A stretch of 64,000 nucleotides of DNA from an uncultured Verrucomicrobiae bacterium (GCA_963765205.1 CAVXVB010000009.1:1184001-1248000); one strand, 5' to 3'. Counted from the first letter of the stretch, positions 49,484 to 60,977 are shown. The notes: a model not told the origin generated them from the sequence alone. Translations and numbers: made by a program.

Positions 49484-52437
49484 ATGTCTAGCCTTGGTAA
49501 ACCCCACCAAGCAATGCGGAAACTGGTGCGCCGTAAAAAGCCGCCGTTCCGACGCTTGGGTATCGCCTTAACGACCCTCGGCTTGGGGATGCTGGCTTGC
49601 ACCATGCCCCAAGGTAATACGGGCTCGTCGAAGTCCTCGAAATTGACGCCGCCGGTGGCACCGCCTCTGGCGCTGAATTTTGCGGAATTCCAAAAAACGG
49701 TACAGCCCTTTTTTGCCGCGCACTGCTACGAATGCCACGGCCCGGACGACTCGGAGTCGGGCGTGCGCCTGGATTTGTTCAACAGCGACAGCGATTTGGC
49801 CAAAGGCATGCCGACTTTTGAGCGCGCGCTCAAGATGCTGACCGCGCGCAAGATGCCGCCCAAAGACGAGGCGCGGCCGACGGAGAATGAGTATCACACG
49901 GCCACGGCGTGGATAGACGCCTATACGACGAAGTTTTACATGAGCGGGCCGATTGACCCGGGCCGTGTCACCCTGCACCGGCTCAACCGCGCTGAATATA
50001 ATAATACCATACGCGATTTGCTGGCGCTGGATTATAATCCCGCCGATGCCTTTCCGGTGGATGACGCCGGTTATGGCTTCGACAACAATGGCGACGTGTT
50101 GTCCATTGCGCCGGTTTTGCTGGAGAAATACATTACGGCCGCCTCGACGTCCCTCAAGAAGGCGTTATTCGCCGAACCGGTGCTGCCGCCGCCGATCAAG
50201 CAGTTTGACGGCGCGACAGCCGAGGGAGATTTCCCGAAATCCGACCCGAAGGCGGTGGTGGCGGGGCGCGGAGGCAGTGGTGGACGCGCGCCGCCCAATC
50301 CAGTGGGCCGGGTTTTTGAATATTATGGCAATGTCTATACCGACTACGATTTCCCGGTGGACGGCGATTACATCTTCAGTTTCCGCGGCTATGGTCTCCA
50401 AGGCAACGATGGCCCGGCGAAGGCGTCCTTCTACGTGGACACCCAGCCAGTCGGCAAGGCGCCGTTTTCCATCAATACCGGAATAGACAATGCCAAGGTG
50501 GTGGCGACGGATCCTGTTCACGTCACCGCCGGCAAGCACCGCATCTACCTTTCTTTCCGCAGCAATACGACGAAGGAGCAATACCTGGCGGCGCTGGATG
50601 CCAAAAAGGCGGCAGATGCCGCTGCGGCCGCTGCGAAAACGGCAGATACCACGGCCGCCCCGGTGGCAGCCACGTCCGGAGCGACCGCGCCGGTAGCGGC
50701 AACAACGGCCCCGGCCGCCGCCGCACCCGCGGCTTCGTCGCCGGTGGCAGCGAATGATGCAGCGCCGAAAGCAACCGATTCCACAGCGGTTGCAACAGCA
50801 CAGCCCGCAGCTTCGACTCCGACCCCGGCAGGCAATTCGGGGGCGGCGGCGCTCGCGGCGGCCGTCAACAACCCCGCGGCGACGGCCGGCAGTGTGGTCG
50901 CCGCCGCCGGCACCGGAGCCCGTGGCGCAGCCCCGGCTGGTTCGGCGGGAACGGTGCGCAATATCCCCCCCGGAGGCCGCCCCCCGCCACCGAAATCCAT
51001 CACGGGAAATGCGACCCTGGCAGTGATCTTTTTTTCGGTGGAAGGGCCGGAGGCGCCGACGCCCGACCGGATGCCGGAAAGCTACCATCGCATCATGGTG
51101 GCGCAACCTTCCGCCACGGTGACCAAGGCCCAGGCGGCGGAAAAAATCATCCGCAATTTCGCCACCCGCGCGTTCCGGCGGCCGGCCACGGAGGAGGAAG
51201 TGAAGTCGCTGATGGACCTCTATGCGTCGGTGGACGCGCCGGATCGCTCCCTGGAAGACGACATGAGCGTGGTTTTGCAGGCGGTGCTGACGAATCCGAA
51301 TTTTCTCTTCCGCGTCGAGCAGGACCCGCAACCGGGCGAGCCGGGGAACGTCCACACGCTCAACGAATATGAGTTGGCCTCGCGCCTTTCGTATTTCATT
51401 TGGAGTTCCATGCCGGACGACGAGTTATTTGCGCTTGCGGCCAAGGGCCAGTTGCGCGCCCACCTTGACGCGCAAATCGAGCGCATGCTCAAAAGCCCGA
51501 AATCGCAGGCGCTGGTGGATAACTTTGCCGGGCAGTGGCTGCGGCTGCGGCAGGTGCAAAACGTCAGTCCCGACCCGACCTTGTATCCCGCCTTTGACCC
51601 CGAGCTGCGCGAGTCCATGCTTAAGGAAACTCAGTTGTTTTTCTCGAGCATCAAGGACGAAGATCGCAACGTGCTCGATTTCATCAACGCCAACTACAGC
51701 TTCGTCAACGAGCGGCTGGCGAAGTTCTACGGGATCCCCGGCATTACTGGCGATGCGTTCCAGCGCGTCACCTTCCCGCCGGATTCGCCGCGGGGGGGGT
51801 AATCACCCAGGCGAGCGTGTTGACCATCACGTCGTATAACAGCCGCACGTCCCCGGTGCAGCGCGGCAAATGGGTGCTAGAAAACCTGCTGGACGCCGCG
51901 CCCCCGCCACCCCCGCCCAATGTGCCCGTGCTGGATAATGAAAAGCAGCTCACCGGCACCCTGCGCCAGCAAATGGAACAGCATCGCGCCAACCCCACCT
52001 GCGCCGCGTGCCACGAGCGGATGGACGCCATCGGCTTTAGCCTGGAAAACTTTGACGCCATCGGCCAGTGGCGCACAGTGGATGGCACCAAGACACCGAT
52101 TGACGCCTCCGGCACCCTGCCCGACGGCACAACCTTCAATGGAGCGAAGCAACTGAAGCAGATTCTGGTCTTGCAAAAAGACCAATTTTGCCATTGTCTG
52201 GCAGACAAACTGCTTATCTATGCCCTCGGGCGTGGGACGGAGCCCTCGGACAAGCGCACTCTGGACAACATCGTCACCGAAATGCAAAAACATGGCGACA
52301 AGTTTTCCGACCTGGTGAAGGCCGTCGCCCACAGCGATGCCTTCCAAAAACGCCGCGGCCCCGAGGCAGACACCACCGCGCAAACGGCCGATATTTCAAA
52401 AAGTGGAGACCACCCCAAACCTGGAGACAAATCATGA
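49484..52437 (+). CDS. Cytochrome c / DUF1587-1595-1592-1588-1585 protein; frameshift at G8 run 51792-51799
   Basis: CYECH, HRLNRAEYNNT, YELASRLSYF, NFAGQWL, then RGG(V)ITQ..TSPVQRGKW, CAACH in the next frame. Confidence 0.88.
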
Positions 52438-53825
52438 ATACCACCCTCCTATCCCGCCGGACCGTATTGCGCGGACTCGGCACAGCCATGGCCCTGCCGT
52501 TCCTCGAATCCCTGCTACCCACCCGCGCCTTTGGCGCGATCTCCAGTGCAGCGGTGGCCCAAGCCGCCGCCGGACCACGCCGCCTGGCGTGGCTGTATGT
52601 CCCCAACGGCATTGACATGCAGAACTGGACGCCCGCGACTTTTGGCACCGATTATGCATTGACGCCCACGCTGAGCGGCCTCGCGGCCTACCGGGAAAAG
52701 ATGCTCGTCATCAGCGGGCTGGTTTGCGACAAGGCGAACCAAAATGGCGACGGGCCGGGCGACCACGCCCGCGCGCAGTCCGCGTATCTGACCGGTTGCC
52801 AGCCCCGCAAAGCCGAGGGCGCCGGCATCAAGGCAGGCCTTTCCGCCGACCAGGCCGCCGCGGACCGCATTGGGCACCTGACCAAATTTGCCTCGCTGGA
52901 ACTGGGCGTCGAAGAAGGCCGGCAGGTTGGCACATGCGACAACGGCTACAGCTGCGCCTATTCGCACAACCTTTCCTGGCACAACGAAAAAACGCCCATG
53001 GTCAAGGATTGCAACCCGCAGTCCGTGTTCGACCGGCTTTTTTCCAACAACGACCCCCGCGAAACGGCGGAAGCGCGCGCCCGGCGCGAAGCAGACAACA
53101 AAAGCGTTTTGGACAATATCCTCAACAACGCCAACCGCGTGCAAAAGCAACTCACCTCAACCGACAAGGACAAACTGGATGAGTATTTGACCGCGGTGCG
53201 GGAAATTGAGCTGCGCATCCAACGCGCGGCCACTGAAGCGCCCCCGAAATTGCCCGACGGCGCGGTGCGCCCCGAGGTCACGCCCTCGTCCGACAAGGAC
53301 AGCGTGATCAATAACAACACGAATTACCCAACCCATGCGAAGTTGATATTGGACATGATGGTGCTGGCCTTCCAGGCCGACCTGACGCGCGTCATCACCC
53401 TCCCCTTCGCCGACGAAGGCAGCAACCAACAATATCCCTGGGCCGATGCCGACGTGCCGCACCACGGCACCTCGCACCATGGCGGGGACCCGAAAAAGAT
53501 GGCGTTGCTGCAAAAGATCAACGCCTTCCACGTTTCGCACGCGGCCTACCTGCTCCAAAAACTGGACTCGATCCAGGAGGGCAACGGCTCGATTCTCGAC
53601 AACTCCCTGATCGCGTATGGCGGCGGCATCAGCGATGGCAACCGGCACAATCATGACGTGCTGCCGCTGGTCCTCTTTGGCAAGGGTGGCGGAACGATCA
53701 ACACCGGGCGCCACATGGATGCCAAGGGCACGCCCATCAACAATCTGTGGCTTTCGATGCTCGACCACGCCGGCGCTTCGGATGACAAACTCGGCGACAG
53801 CACGGGCAAATTGAAGCTTACCTAA
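52434..53825 (+). CDS. DUF1552 (HXXSHH) Tat-exported protein
   Basis: SRRTVLRG..ALPFLES, YVPNG, HHGTSHH, GDSTG terminus; typical partner of DUF1592. Confidence 0.9.
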   Translation: MNTTLLSRRTVLRGLGTAMALPFLESLLPTRAFGAISSAAVAQAAAGPRRLAWLYVPNGIDMQNWTPATFGTDYALTPTLSGLAAYREKMLVISGLVCDKANQNGDGPGDHARAQSAYLTGCQPRKAEGAGIKAGLSADQAAADRIGHLTKFASLELGVEEGRQVGTCDNGYSCAYSHNLSWHNEKTPMVKDCNPQSVFDRLFSNNDPRETAEARARREADNKSVLDNILNNANRVQKQLTSTDKDKLDEYLTAVREIELRIQRAATEAPPKLPDGAVRPEVTPSSDKDSVINNNTNYPTHAKLILDMMVLAFQADLTRVITLPFADEGSNQQYPWADADVPHHGTSHHGGDPKKMALLQKINAFHVSHAAYLLQKLDSIQEGNGSILDNSLIAYGGGISDGNRHNHDVLPLVLFGKGGGTINTGRHMDAKGTPINNLWLSMLDHAGASDDKLGDSTGKLKLT

Positions 53826-53864
53826 AAGACGGCGCAGGCTGGTTATGGCCGGGTTTGCGATGGC

Positions 53865-55034
53865 ATGAAAACCGTCTTTCTATTCTTGTTCGCGCTGGCG
53901 GCGATGCCTCTGCGCGGCCAGACGCCGGCGGCAATGGTTTCGCCCGTGGTGCATCCGGATCACACGGTCACCTTTCGCATCGCGGCGCCGCAGGCCTCCG
54001 CAGTGACCTTAACAGCCGACTGGCAATGGCAAACCGGCGCACAACCCCTGGAAAAGGGGGAGAACGGGGTCTGGAGCCTGACGGTCGGCCCGTTGGCCCC
54101 AGCCATTTACATTTATTCGTTCACCGTGGATGGCATCGCGATGGCCGACCCTGGCAATCCGCGCATCAAACTCCGGGATCGTGGTTCGGCCAGCTTGGTG
54201 GAGGTGCCGGCCGACCCACCGGCGCTCTGGCAATTGCGCGACATGCCGCACGGCAGCGTGGAGACCGTCTGGCATAAATCCATGGTGCTTGATGGCGAAA
54301 CCCGCTCGCTGGTGGTTTACACGCCGCCCGGCTATGCCGCAGAGCGCAACCGGCGCTACCCGGTGCTCTACCTGCTGCACGGCTCGAATGACACGCAGTT
54401 TGGCTGGACGGCGGTCGGCCAGGTGAACTTCATGCTCGACAACCTGGTGGCCGAAAACAAGGCGGCGCCCATGATCATCGTCATGCCCTTTGGTTACGCC
54501 GTGCCCTATGGGACGACGAGACCCGGCGTCAACAATACCGCCTTGTTCGAAAAATACCTGCTCCAGGATATCATGCCCATGGTCGACGACCAGTATCGCA
54601 CCATTCCCGACCGGGACCATCGCGCGGTCGCGGGCATGTCCATGGGCGCGGAACAGGCCCTGGCCATATTTTTCGACCACCTGGAGCAATTCAGCGCCGT
54701 CGGCGCGTTGTGCCCGAACGGTTTCCGCGCCATGGAGTCCCAGTATCCCGCGCTGCTCAATGATCCAAAGGGGACGAATGCCAAAATCGCGGTATTGTGG
54801 CTGGGCTGCGGGCGACAGGATACCAATTTTGCCGGCTCCGAACGGCTTGATCAAGTTCTCACGGCCCACCAAATCAACCACATCTGGAACCCGACCGAGG
54901 GGGTGCATAATTACGCGATCTGGCAGCAATACATGGCGGAGTTTTTCCCGCGGCTGTTTCGCGCAAGCCCGGCGGTGGCGAAGCAACCTTCCCCACCGGC
55001 CATGCCTCTCGGCCCGCCATCCAAAGGTGGGTAG
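53865..55034 (+). CDS. Esterase with N-terminal CBM48-like domain (CE1-like)
   Basis: VTFRIAAPQA, VYTPPGY, YPVLYLLHG, AGMSMG, GVHNY. Confidence 0.88.
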   Translation: MKTVFLFLFALAAMPLRGQTPAAMVSPVVHPDHTVTFRIAAPQASAVTLTADWQWQTGAQPLEKGENGVWSLTVGPLAPAIYIYSFTVDGIAMADPGNPRIKLRDRGSASLVEVPADPPALWQLRDMPHGSVETVWHKSMVLDGETRSLVVYTPPGYAAERNRRYPVLYLLHGSNDTQFGWTAVGQVNFMLDNLVAENKAAPMIIVMPFGYAVPYGTTRPGVNNTALFEKYLLQDIMPMVDDQYRTIPDRDHRAVAGMSMGAEQALAIFFDHLEQFSAVGALCPNGFRAMESQYPALLNDPKGTNAKIAVLWLGCGRQDTNFAGSERLDQVLTAHQINHIWNPTEGVHNYAIWQQYMAEFFPRLFRASPAVAKQPSPPAMPLGPPSKGG

Positions 55035-55062
55035 GCATGGAAAAGCCTGGGAGCCGCCACAC

Positions 55063-55896
55063 CTAGTTTTCGCAAGCGTAGTTGGGCTTGAAAAATACGT
55101 GGTAAATACCGCCACCGCACCAACCGCCGAACAGGGGCGCGGCAATATACACGGTGAGCCAGCCGCTGCCATTGGTGGTAAACGGCACGGCACCCCACCC
55201 TACCAGCGCGCTGAACACGCGTGGCGCAAAGTCGCGTGCGGGGTTGAAACAGGCCATGGTCAGCGGGCCAAAAAGTGAAATGAGCAGGGTGATGGTCAGC
55301 CCGATGGCCAGCGGGACCAGGAGGGCGGGGCGCGCGCGGTTGCGTTCGTCCGTCACGCCGAGAATCACCAGCAGTAGAATCGCCGTGCCGGACATCTCGG
55401 TCAAGAACGCCGCGGGCCAGGCAATCACGGCGGGGCCGAGGGGTGACAGGGGCCGGCCACCGGGATTGGGAAAGTATTCGCCGAAAATCATCGCGGAGGC
55501 TTCGCTGCCGGGTGCGCCGCGGGTGATGCCGTGCGCGGTTTCAAAGGCGGTCAAGGCGCCGGCATAAAGGACATACAGCAGCGCGCTGGCGGCCAGCGCG
55601 CCAAACATTTGCGCCACAATGTAACCCGGAACTTTCTTCCAGGGAAAATCATTCCACGCGGCCAGCGCGGTCGTCACGGCCGGGTTCAAATGCGCGCCGC
55701 TGAGACCGCCGGTGAGGTGGATGGCGATGGCGATGCCCAACCCCCAAACAATGGCGACTTGAAAAATTCCCACCTGTGCGTTGAGCAGCACGGCGGCGGC
55801 CACGCTCCCACAGCCGAAAAAGACGAGCAGGAACGTGCCGAAGAATTCGCCCACGGCCCACGCCGGCGGCGGCCATGGAAGGGAAAATGTTTTCAA
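55063..55896 (-). CDS. MIP-family aquaglyceroporin in ars operon
   Basis: GEFFGT, SGAHLNPAVT, FNPARD. Confidence 0.9.
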   Translation of the reverse strand: MKTFSLPWPPPAWAVGEFFGTFLLVFFGCGSVAAAVLLNAQVGIFQVAIVWGLGIAIAIHLTGGLSGAHLNPAVTTALAAWNDFPWKKVPGYIVAQMFGALAASALLYVLYAGALTAFETAHGITRGAPGSEASAMIFGEYFPNPGGRPLSPLGPAVIAWPAAFLTEMSGTAILLLVILGVTDERNRARPALLVPLAIGLTITLLISLFGPLTMACFNPARDFAPRVFSALVGWGAVPFTTNGSGWLTVYIAAPLFGGWCGGGIYHVFFKPNYACEN

Positions 55897-56402
55897 TGGG
55901 CCAATTGTGCGGCACCGGCGAGTTTAAATTGACCACCGATCTCAGCCAATTTCAGCGCGGTGAGTTTCTCCTCTGGCAGCGCGCAGAATAATTCAATGCG
56001 CCGGTTGATTTGCGAGGCGACGTTGATAAAAACCCGCTGTTTTTCCTCCTCCGTGCCCTCGGCCGCCGCCGGGTCGGGCGAACCCCAATGCGCGATGACG
56101 GGCTGGCCAGGCCAGAGAGGGCAGGACTCGCGCGCGTGGTCGCAAACGGTGATGACGAAGCCGAATTTCACCGCGCGAAACTCGTCCCACGACTTGCTGC
56201 GGGCCGCGCTGGCGTCGATCAGGTATTTTTTCTTGAGCACCCAGATGGCGAGCGGATGGACGCGGCCCGTGGGATGCGCGCCGGCGCTGTAGGTTTCGAA
56301 ACGTTGGCCGCCTTTGGCGCGGAGGAGGTATTCGGCGATAATGCTGCGCGCGGAATTGCCCGTGCACAGGAAGAGGACTTTTTTGGGGGATGGGGAGGAC
56401 AT
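55893..56402 (-). CDS. arsC: Arsenate reductase (LMW-PTP type)
   Basis: CTGNSARS, VITVCD..ESCP, HWGSPDP. Confidence 0.9.
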   Translation of the reverse strand: MSSPSPKKVLFLCTGNSARSIIAEYLLRAKGGQRFETYSAGAHPTGRVHPLAIWVLKKKYLIDASAARSKSWDEFRAVKFGFVITVCDHARESCPLWPGQPVIAHWGSPDPAAAEGTEEEKQRVFINVASQINRRIELFCALPEEKLTALKLAEIGGQFKLAGAAQLAH

Positions 56403-56411
56403 GGGAAGTTT

Positions 56412-56804
56412 TTAGCAGGCACAGGCAGTTGGCGAGCGCGTCCTGGTGCGGAGGGACGCCGAGCGGGGGTTGGTGCGCACGAAGCGGTCACGCATTTTAT
56501 TCAGTTTGGCGGTGTCGGTGCGAAAAGTGGCGTCTTCCGTCGTGCAATCTTGGAGGCAGCGCAGGTTGGCCGTGAGGGCGGGCGAACGGCGCGCGGGCAG
56601 ACGGTAAATCCGCCAATTGCCGGCCTTGCGCGACTCGACCATCCCGCGGGCCTTGAGATAGCGCAGGTGCTTGGACACCTTGACCTGCGGCTCGCGGAGG
56701 ATGGCCTGGAGGTGGCACACGCAGAGCGGGCCGTGCCGCAATAGATTGAGGAGGCGCAAGCGCGTGCGGTCGCAGAGGCACTGGTAGATGCGGACAAGCT
56801 GCAT
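56412..56804 (-). CDS. arsR: ArsR-family repressor
   Basis: DRTRLRLL, LCVCHL, VSKHLRYLK, terminal CAC. Confidence 0.9.
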   Translation of the reverse strand: MQLVRIYQCLCDRTRLRLLNLLRHGPLCVCHLQAILREPQVKVSKHLRYLKARGMVESRKAGNWRIYRLPARRSPALTANLRCLQDCTTEDATFRTDTAKLNKMRDRFVRTNPRSASLRTRTRSPTACAC

Positions 56805-56810
56805 TGCATT

Positions 56811-56840
56811 ACTATATACCCCTAAAGGAATATATTTCAA
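56811..56840 (-). promoter_or_regulatory. ars promoter with overlapping ArsR operator
   Basis: -35 TTGAAA (56840-56835), -10 TATAGT (56816-56811), ATG 6 nt later; imperfect 10-2-10 IR ATATACCCCT-AA-AGGAATATAT (56814-56835). Confidence 0.7.
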
Positions 56841-57056
56841 GAAAAATTACGGGGTCAATTGGGTTACGTTTATCCGCCGGGTTAGGGCCCGGTTCGGTGG
56901 TGGGCGTTTGTTTAGCGGCTTTCGACCAACGGGCTTTAAACTCAGATTTAACGCCCCCCCATTTGACATTGTTTTGGTTGGAATCCATGCCAATGGGTGC
57001 GTTCTAAAATTGTTGTTTTATTGGAAAAACAAGACATAAAGGCGTCTCCTTCTCCC

Positions 57057-58203
57057 ATGCTCCTTGCTCCCGAAGTCCGCACACAGCTCGACGAACTCCA
57101 CCGCCGGGCGGGTTACCTGTGGAGGTTTCTTTGACGTTGAGGAAAAGCAGCGCGCCTTCGCCGCCCTCGAGGCCAAAATGGCGGCCCATGGTTTTTGGGA
57201 TCGTCCGGAGGACGCCCGCGCCGTCATCGCCGAAGCCAACCGGCTAAAGAACATTTACACGCCCGTCGCCGCCTTCCGCAAGCGGCTCGACGATTTGCAG
57301 GCGATGGTGGACCTGATCCAGGAGGGCGAGGAGAAGGACGTCGCCGACTACGTCAAGGAAGCCGCCGCCACCGCGACAACGATGCTCGCGGACATGGACA
57401 AGCTCGAAATCGAGTCCTTCCTCACCGGGCCGCACGACAAGTCCAACGCCATCATCACGGTCCATGCCGGCGCGGGCGGCACCGAGTCGTGCGACTGGGC
57501 GGAAATGCTGCTGCGCACCTACACACGCTGGGCCGAGCGCCGCGGCTTTCAGGTCGAGATCGAAGACCTCATGCCGGGTGAGGAAGCCGGGCTGTCGCGC
57601 GCGACGTTCCGGGTCATCGGCCCCTACGCCTACGGCTACGCGAAGGCCGAGCGCGGCGTCCACCGCCTCGTGCGCATCAGCCCCTTCGACGCCAACAAGC
57701 GCCGCCACACGTCGTTCGCCTCGGTGGATGTCGTGGCCGAACTCGACGACGACGTGGCCATCGAAATTCCCGAGAGCGACCTGCGCATTGACACCTACCG
57801 CTCGAGCGGCAAAGGCGGCCAGCACGTCAACAAAACCGAATCGGCGATCCGCATCACGCACATCCCCACCAACCTCGTCGTCACCTGCCAGACGGAGCGC
57901 TCGCAGCACAAGAACAAGGACCGCGCGATGAAGACGCTCAAGTCGCGCCTCTATGAAAAAATCCAGGACGAAAAGCGCGCGGAGATGGAGCGTTTCTACG
58001 GCGAGAAGGGCGACATCGGCTGGGGCCACCAAATCCGCAGCTACGTTTTCCAGCCCTATCAGTTGGTCAAGGACCTGCGCACGGGCTACGAAACCGGCAA
58101 CGTGCAGGCGGTGATGGACGGCGACCTCGACGGCTTCATCAACGCCTGGCTGCGCGCCGGCTGCCCCCTCAAACGCAACAAGGACGTGAAAATTGAGGAG
58201 TAA
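57057..58203 (+). CDS. prfB: Peptide chain release factor 2 with programmed +1 frameshift
   Basis: ATG 57057 gives MLLAPE...WRFL, then CTT TGA C at 57129-57135 preceded by GGAGG; SPF and GGQ motifs downstream. Confidence 0.96.
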
Positions 58204-58240
58204 GGGCGCGCGATCCGACCTCACATGCTAAATCGCCCGC

Positions 58241-58803
58241 TTACTGGGTCAGCGGAATAAATTCCTGGGAGCCGTCGGCGTTGAGGACGATGACGCCGAC
58301 GGGTTTGGCGTTCGAGTCGTAAACTATCCGGCCGGTTTTGCCCGCGATCACGGGAGTGGGTGTATTTTGCGCAGCGGCGGTGGGTGAAGGAGCAACGGGC
58401 GCGGCCTGCGTAGCGGCCGGGGTGGGAGAAGCAGGCGCGGCGGCAACCGGCACAGCTTGTTGAACGGCGGGGGCGGATTGCACCACCACATATTGCGGAG
58501 CGACTTGGGGCGCGTAATAATAAACGGGCGGGGCCTCAGGATACACATACACATTCTGATCAACGCCGTAGACATTGGTATAGGCCAAGCCGCCGATCAG
58601 CCCCAAGCCAAATCCCACGCCCAGCCCGATGCCAAATCTCGGCCCGATAAAACCACGGCCCCCAAAGAAGCCACGATGCACCTGGGCTTCGAGCGGCGTG
58701 GGTAATACACCGGCCATAAACACGGTGCCGCCAGAAGGCCGGCCAGGTGGGCGGACGAGAACAGGCGCCGGAGGCCGCCGAGAAGGGTTTTGAGTGCATT
58801 CAT
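58241..58803 (-). CDS. Exported Gly/Pro/Tyr-rich hypothetical protein; probable frameshift ~58727
   Basis: MNALKTLLGG...LAGLLA joins VFMAGVLPTPLEA/QVHRG to form a signal peptide; YVYPEAPPVYY. Confidence 0.6.
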
Positions 58804-58980
58804 GGCGTGTAAAAGATTAGGCAGCCTAAGGGCTGCAATGTTCCCCATTTTCTTGAAAAAGTCAAATGAATCAGCACCCCATTCGTGAGTGCTGGCGGCC
58901 TTGGAACGAGCCAGTTTCGTTCTCTCGCTTGCCTTTGTGTTTTCCTTCATCTTTCATCCTGGTGCCCATCCACCACCCCC

Positions 58981-60738
58981 ATGCCCCTCACCCGCCGCCG
59001 GTTTATCAAGCAATCCGCACTCGCCACCGCCGCCACTTGGGCCGCGCCGCGCTTTTGCTCGCGCGCTTCCGCCGCCGCGGTTTCCCTCGGCGCGTCCGTG
59101 CCCATCGTGCCGCCGTCGAGCAACCTACCCATTGCGGCCGGGCCGTTTCAGCCGATATGGGAATCACTGGCCAATTTTCAGACGCCGGACTGGTTTCGCG
59201 ACGCCAAATTCGGCATCTGGGCCCACTGGGGGCCGCAGTGCCAGCCGGAGCAGGGCGATTGGTATGCGCGCTACATGTATATATCCTCGGAGAGCGCCCG
59301 GGGCCGCCAGCCCGACCCAAATACGGGCAAGCCGGACATTGACTACACCTACCAGGTCAAAAACTACGGCCATCCCTCGAAATTCGGCTTCAAGGATGTC
59401 ATTAATACCTGGAAGGCGGATAAGTGGGACCCCGAGCACCTCCTCGGCCTTTATAAACGCGCGGGCGCGAAATATTTTTGCGCATTGGCCAACCACCACG
59501 ACAACCTCGACCTCTGGAACTCGAAATACCAGCCGTGGAACTCCGTGGCGGTTGGGCCGAAAAAAGACCTGGTCGGCGGCTGGGCCAAGGCGGCCCGCAA
59601 TGCCGGACTACGCTTCGCAGTCAGCTCGCATGCCGCACATTCGTGGATGTGGTATGAGCCTGCGCAAAGCGCCGATGTGGCCGGCCCGCTCGCCGGCGTG
59701 CCCTACGATGGCAAAATGACCAAGGCCGACGGCCAAGGGCTTTGGTGGGAAGGCCTGGACCCGCAGGAGCTTTACGCGCAAAACCACGCCCCCAGCCGGT
59801 CCACCAACACCACCCCCAACTGGGACTGGCCAAACGACGGCAGCGTCGTGCTGCCCGACGCGGCCTACTGCGAAAAATTTTTCCGCCGCACGATTGACCT
59901 CATTGACCAGCACCAACCCGACCTGCTTTATTTCGACGACACCATCCTGCCCCTTTATCCAGTCAGCGACGTGGGCCTGCGCATCGCCGCCCATCTTTAC
60001 AACACAAGCATCGCCAAACATGGCACCCTCGACGCCATCATAACCGGGAAGGTGCTGACCAATGACGTTTACCGTAAGTGCATGGTCTGGGATTATGAAC
60101 GCGGCTCGCCCCTCGACCTGCTGGCGCAACCCTGGCAGACCGACACCTGCATCGGCGACTGGCATTACAAGCGCAGCATCCTTGATGCGCACGGCTACAA
60201 AACCGCCGCGACGGTCGCGCGCACGTTGGTGGACAACGTGAGCAAGAACGGCAACCTCCAGCTCAACATCCCACTGCCCGGCTCCGGCGAACCCGACGCC
60301 GACGAGCTCAAATTCCTTGCCGATTTCACCGCCTGGATGGACATCAACAGCGAAGGCATTTACGCGACGCGCCCGTGGAAAATCTACGGCGAAGGCCCGT
60401 CCACCAAACCCGCCGTCGGCGCCGCGCCCCGCGCCCAAGGCTTTAACGAAGGGAAAACCACCTTCGGCGCGCAGGACATCCGCTTCATGCAGAAAGGCGA
60501 CACGCTCTATGCCTTCGCCTTGGGCTGGCCCGCGGACGGCAAACTCACCATCACGTCCCTGGCCAACGGCTCACGTTTCGCGATGGGACATATCGATCGC
60601 GTCAACCTTCTCGGAATGAGCGAGCCCATAAAATTCACCCGCGACGCCATGGGCCTGAATCTCACGCTACCCGAGCAAAAAGTTGGCGATTATGTTTACG
60701 GCATCAAAATCAGCGGAGGCGGATTGACCGCCGCTTAA
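58981..60738 (+). CDS. Alpha-L-fucosidase (GH29), Tat-exported
   Basis: TRRRFIK, PDWFRDAKFGIWAHWG, NHHDN, LLYFD, VSKNGNLQLN. Confidence 0.92.
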   Translation: MPLTRRRFIKQSALATAATWAAPRFCSRASAAAVSLGASVPIVPPSSNLPIAAGPFQPIWESLANFQTPDWFRDAKFGIWAHWGPQCQPEQGDWYARYMYISSESARGRQPDPNTGKPDIDYTYQVKNYGHPSKFGFKDVINTWKADKWDPEHLLGLYKRAGAKYFCALANHHDNLDLWNSKYQPWNSVAVGPKKDLVGGWAKAARNAGLRFAVSSHAAHSWMWYEPAQSADVAGPLAGVPYDGKMTKADGQGLWWEGLDPQELYAQNHAPSRSTNTTPNWDWPNDGSVVLPDAAYCEKFFRRTIDLIDQHQPDLLYFDDTILPLYPVSDVGLRIAAHLYNTSIAKHGTLDAIITGKVLTNDVYRKCMVWDYERGSPLDLLAQPWQTDTCIGDWHYKRSILDAHGYKTAATVARTLVDNVSKNGNLQLNIPLPGSGEPDADELKFLADFTAWMDINSEGIYATRPWKIYGEGPSTKPAVGAAPRAQGFNEGKTTFGAQDIRFMQKGDTLYAFALGWPADGKLTITSLANGSRFAMGHIDRVNLLGMSEPIKFTRDAMGLNLTLPEQKVGDYVYGIKISGGGLTAA

Positions 60739-60749
60739 TTATTTCCCCC

Positions 60750-60977
60750 ATGCCAACCAGCGACGACGAGACCAGCCGCCAGGCGCAAAAACTCCGCGCG
60801 CGCCAAAGACTGCTCGCGGCGCTGCTCGGCATTTGCGCCATGGGTTCGAGCGCGATGTATCTGGTCTTCCTGCGCTCGCTCGGCTGCGACGAGCTGACTT
60901 TGTTGATTCTGATGGAGTGGCTCGTGATGTTCTTCATCTATCTCATGGCCACGAGCCAGATGCGCCGGCGGCGTTGA
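60750..60977 (+). CDS. Small two-TM hypothetical protein
   Basis: Two hydrophobic segments and a basic tail; co-oriented with flanks. Confidence 0.55.
   Translation: MPTSDDETSRQAQKLRARQRLLAALLGICAMGSSAMYLVFLRSLGCDELTLLILMEWLVMFFIYLMATSQMRRRR

Noticed and set aside
3490..58730. Seven frameshifts (~3497, ~6530, ~21180, ~35682, ~43047, ~51795, ~58727) as pseudogenes, phase variation or recoding
   Set aside because: Single-base indels in otherwise intact, unrelated genes, two in homopolymers, with no accumulated stops; most simply long-read assembly errors. Read mapping would decide; the IS1182 one could be real.
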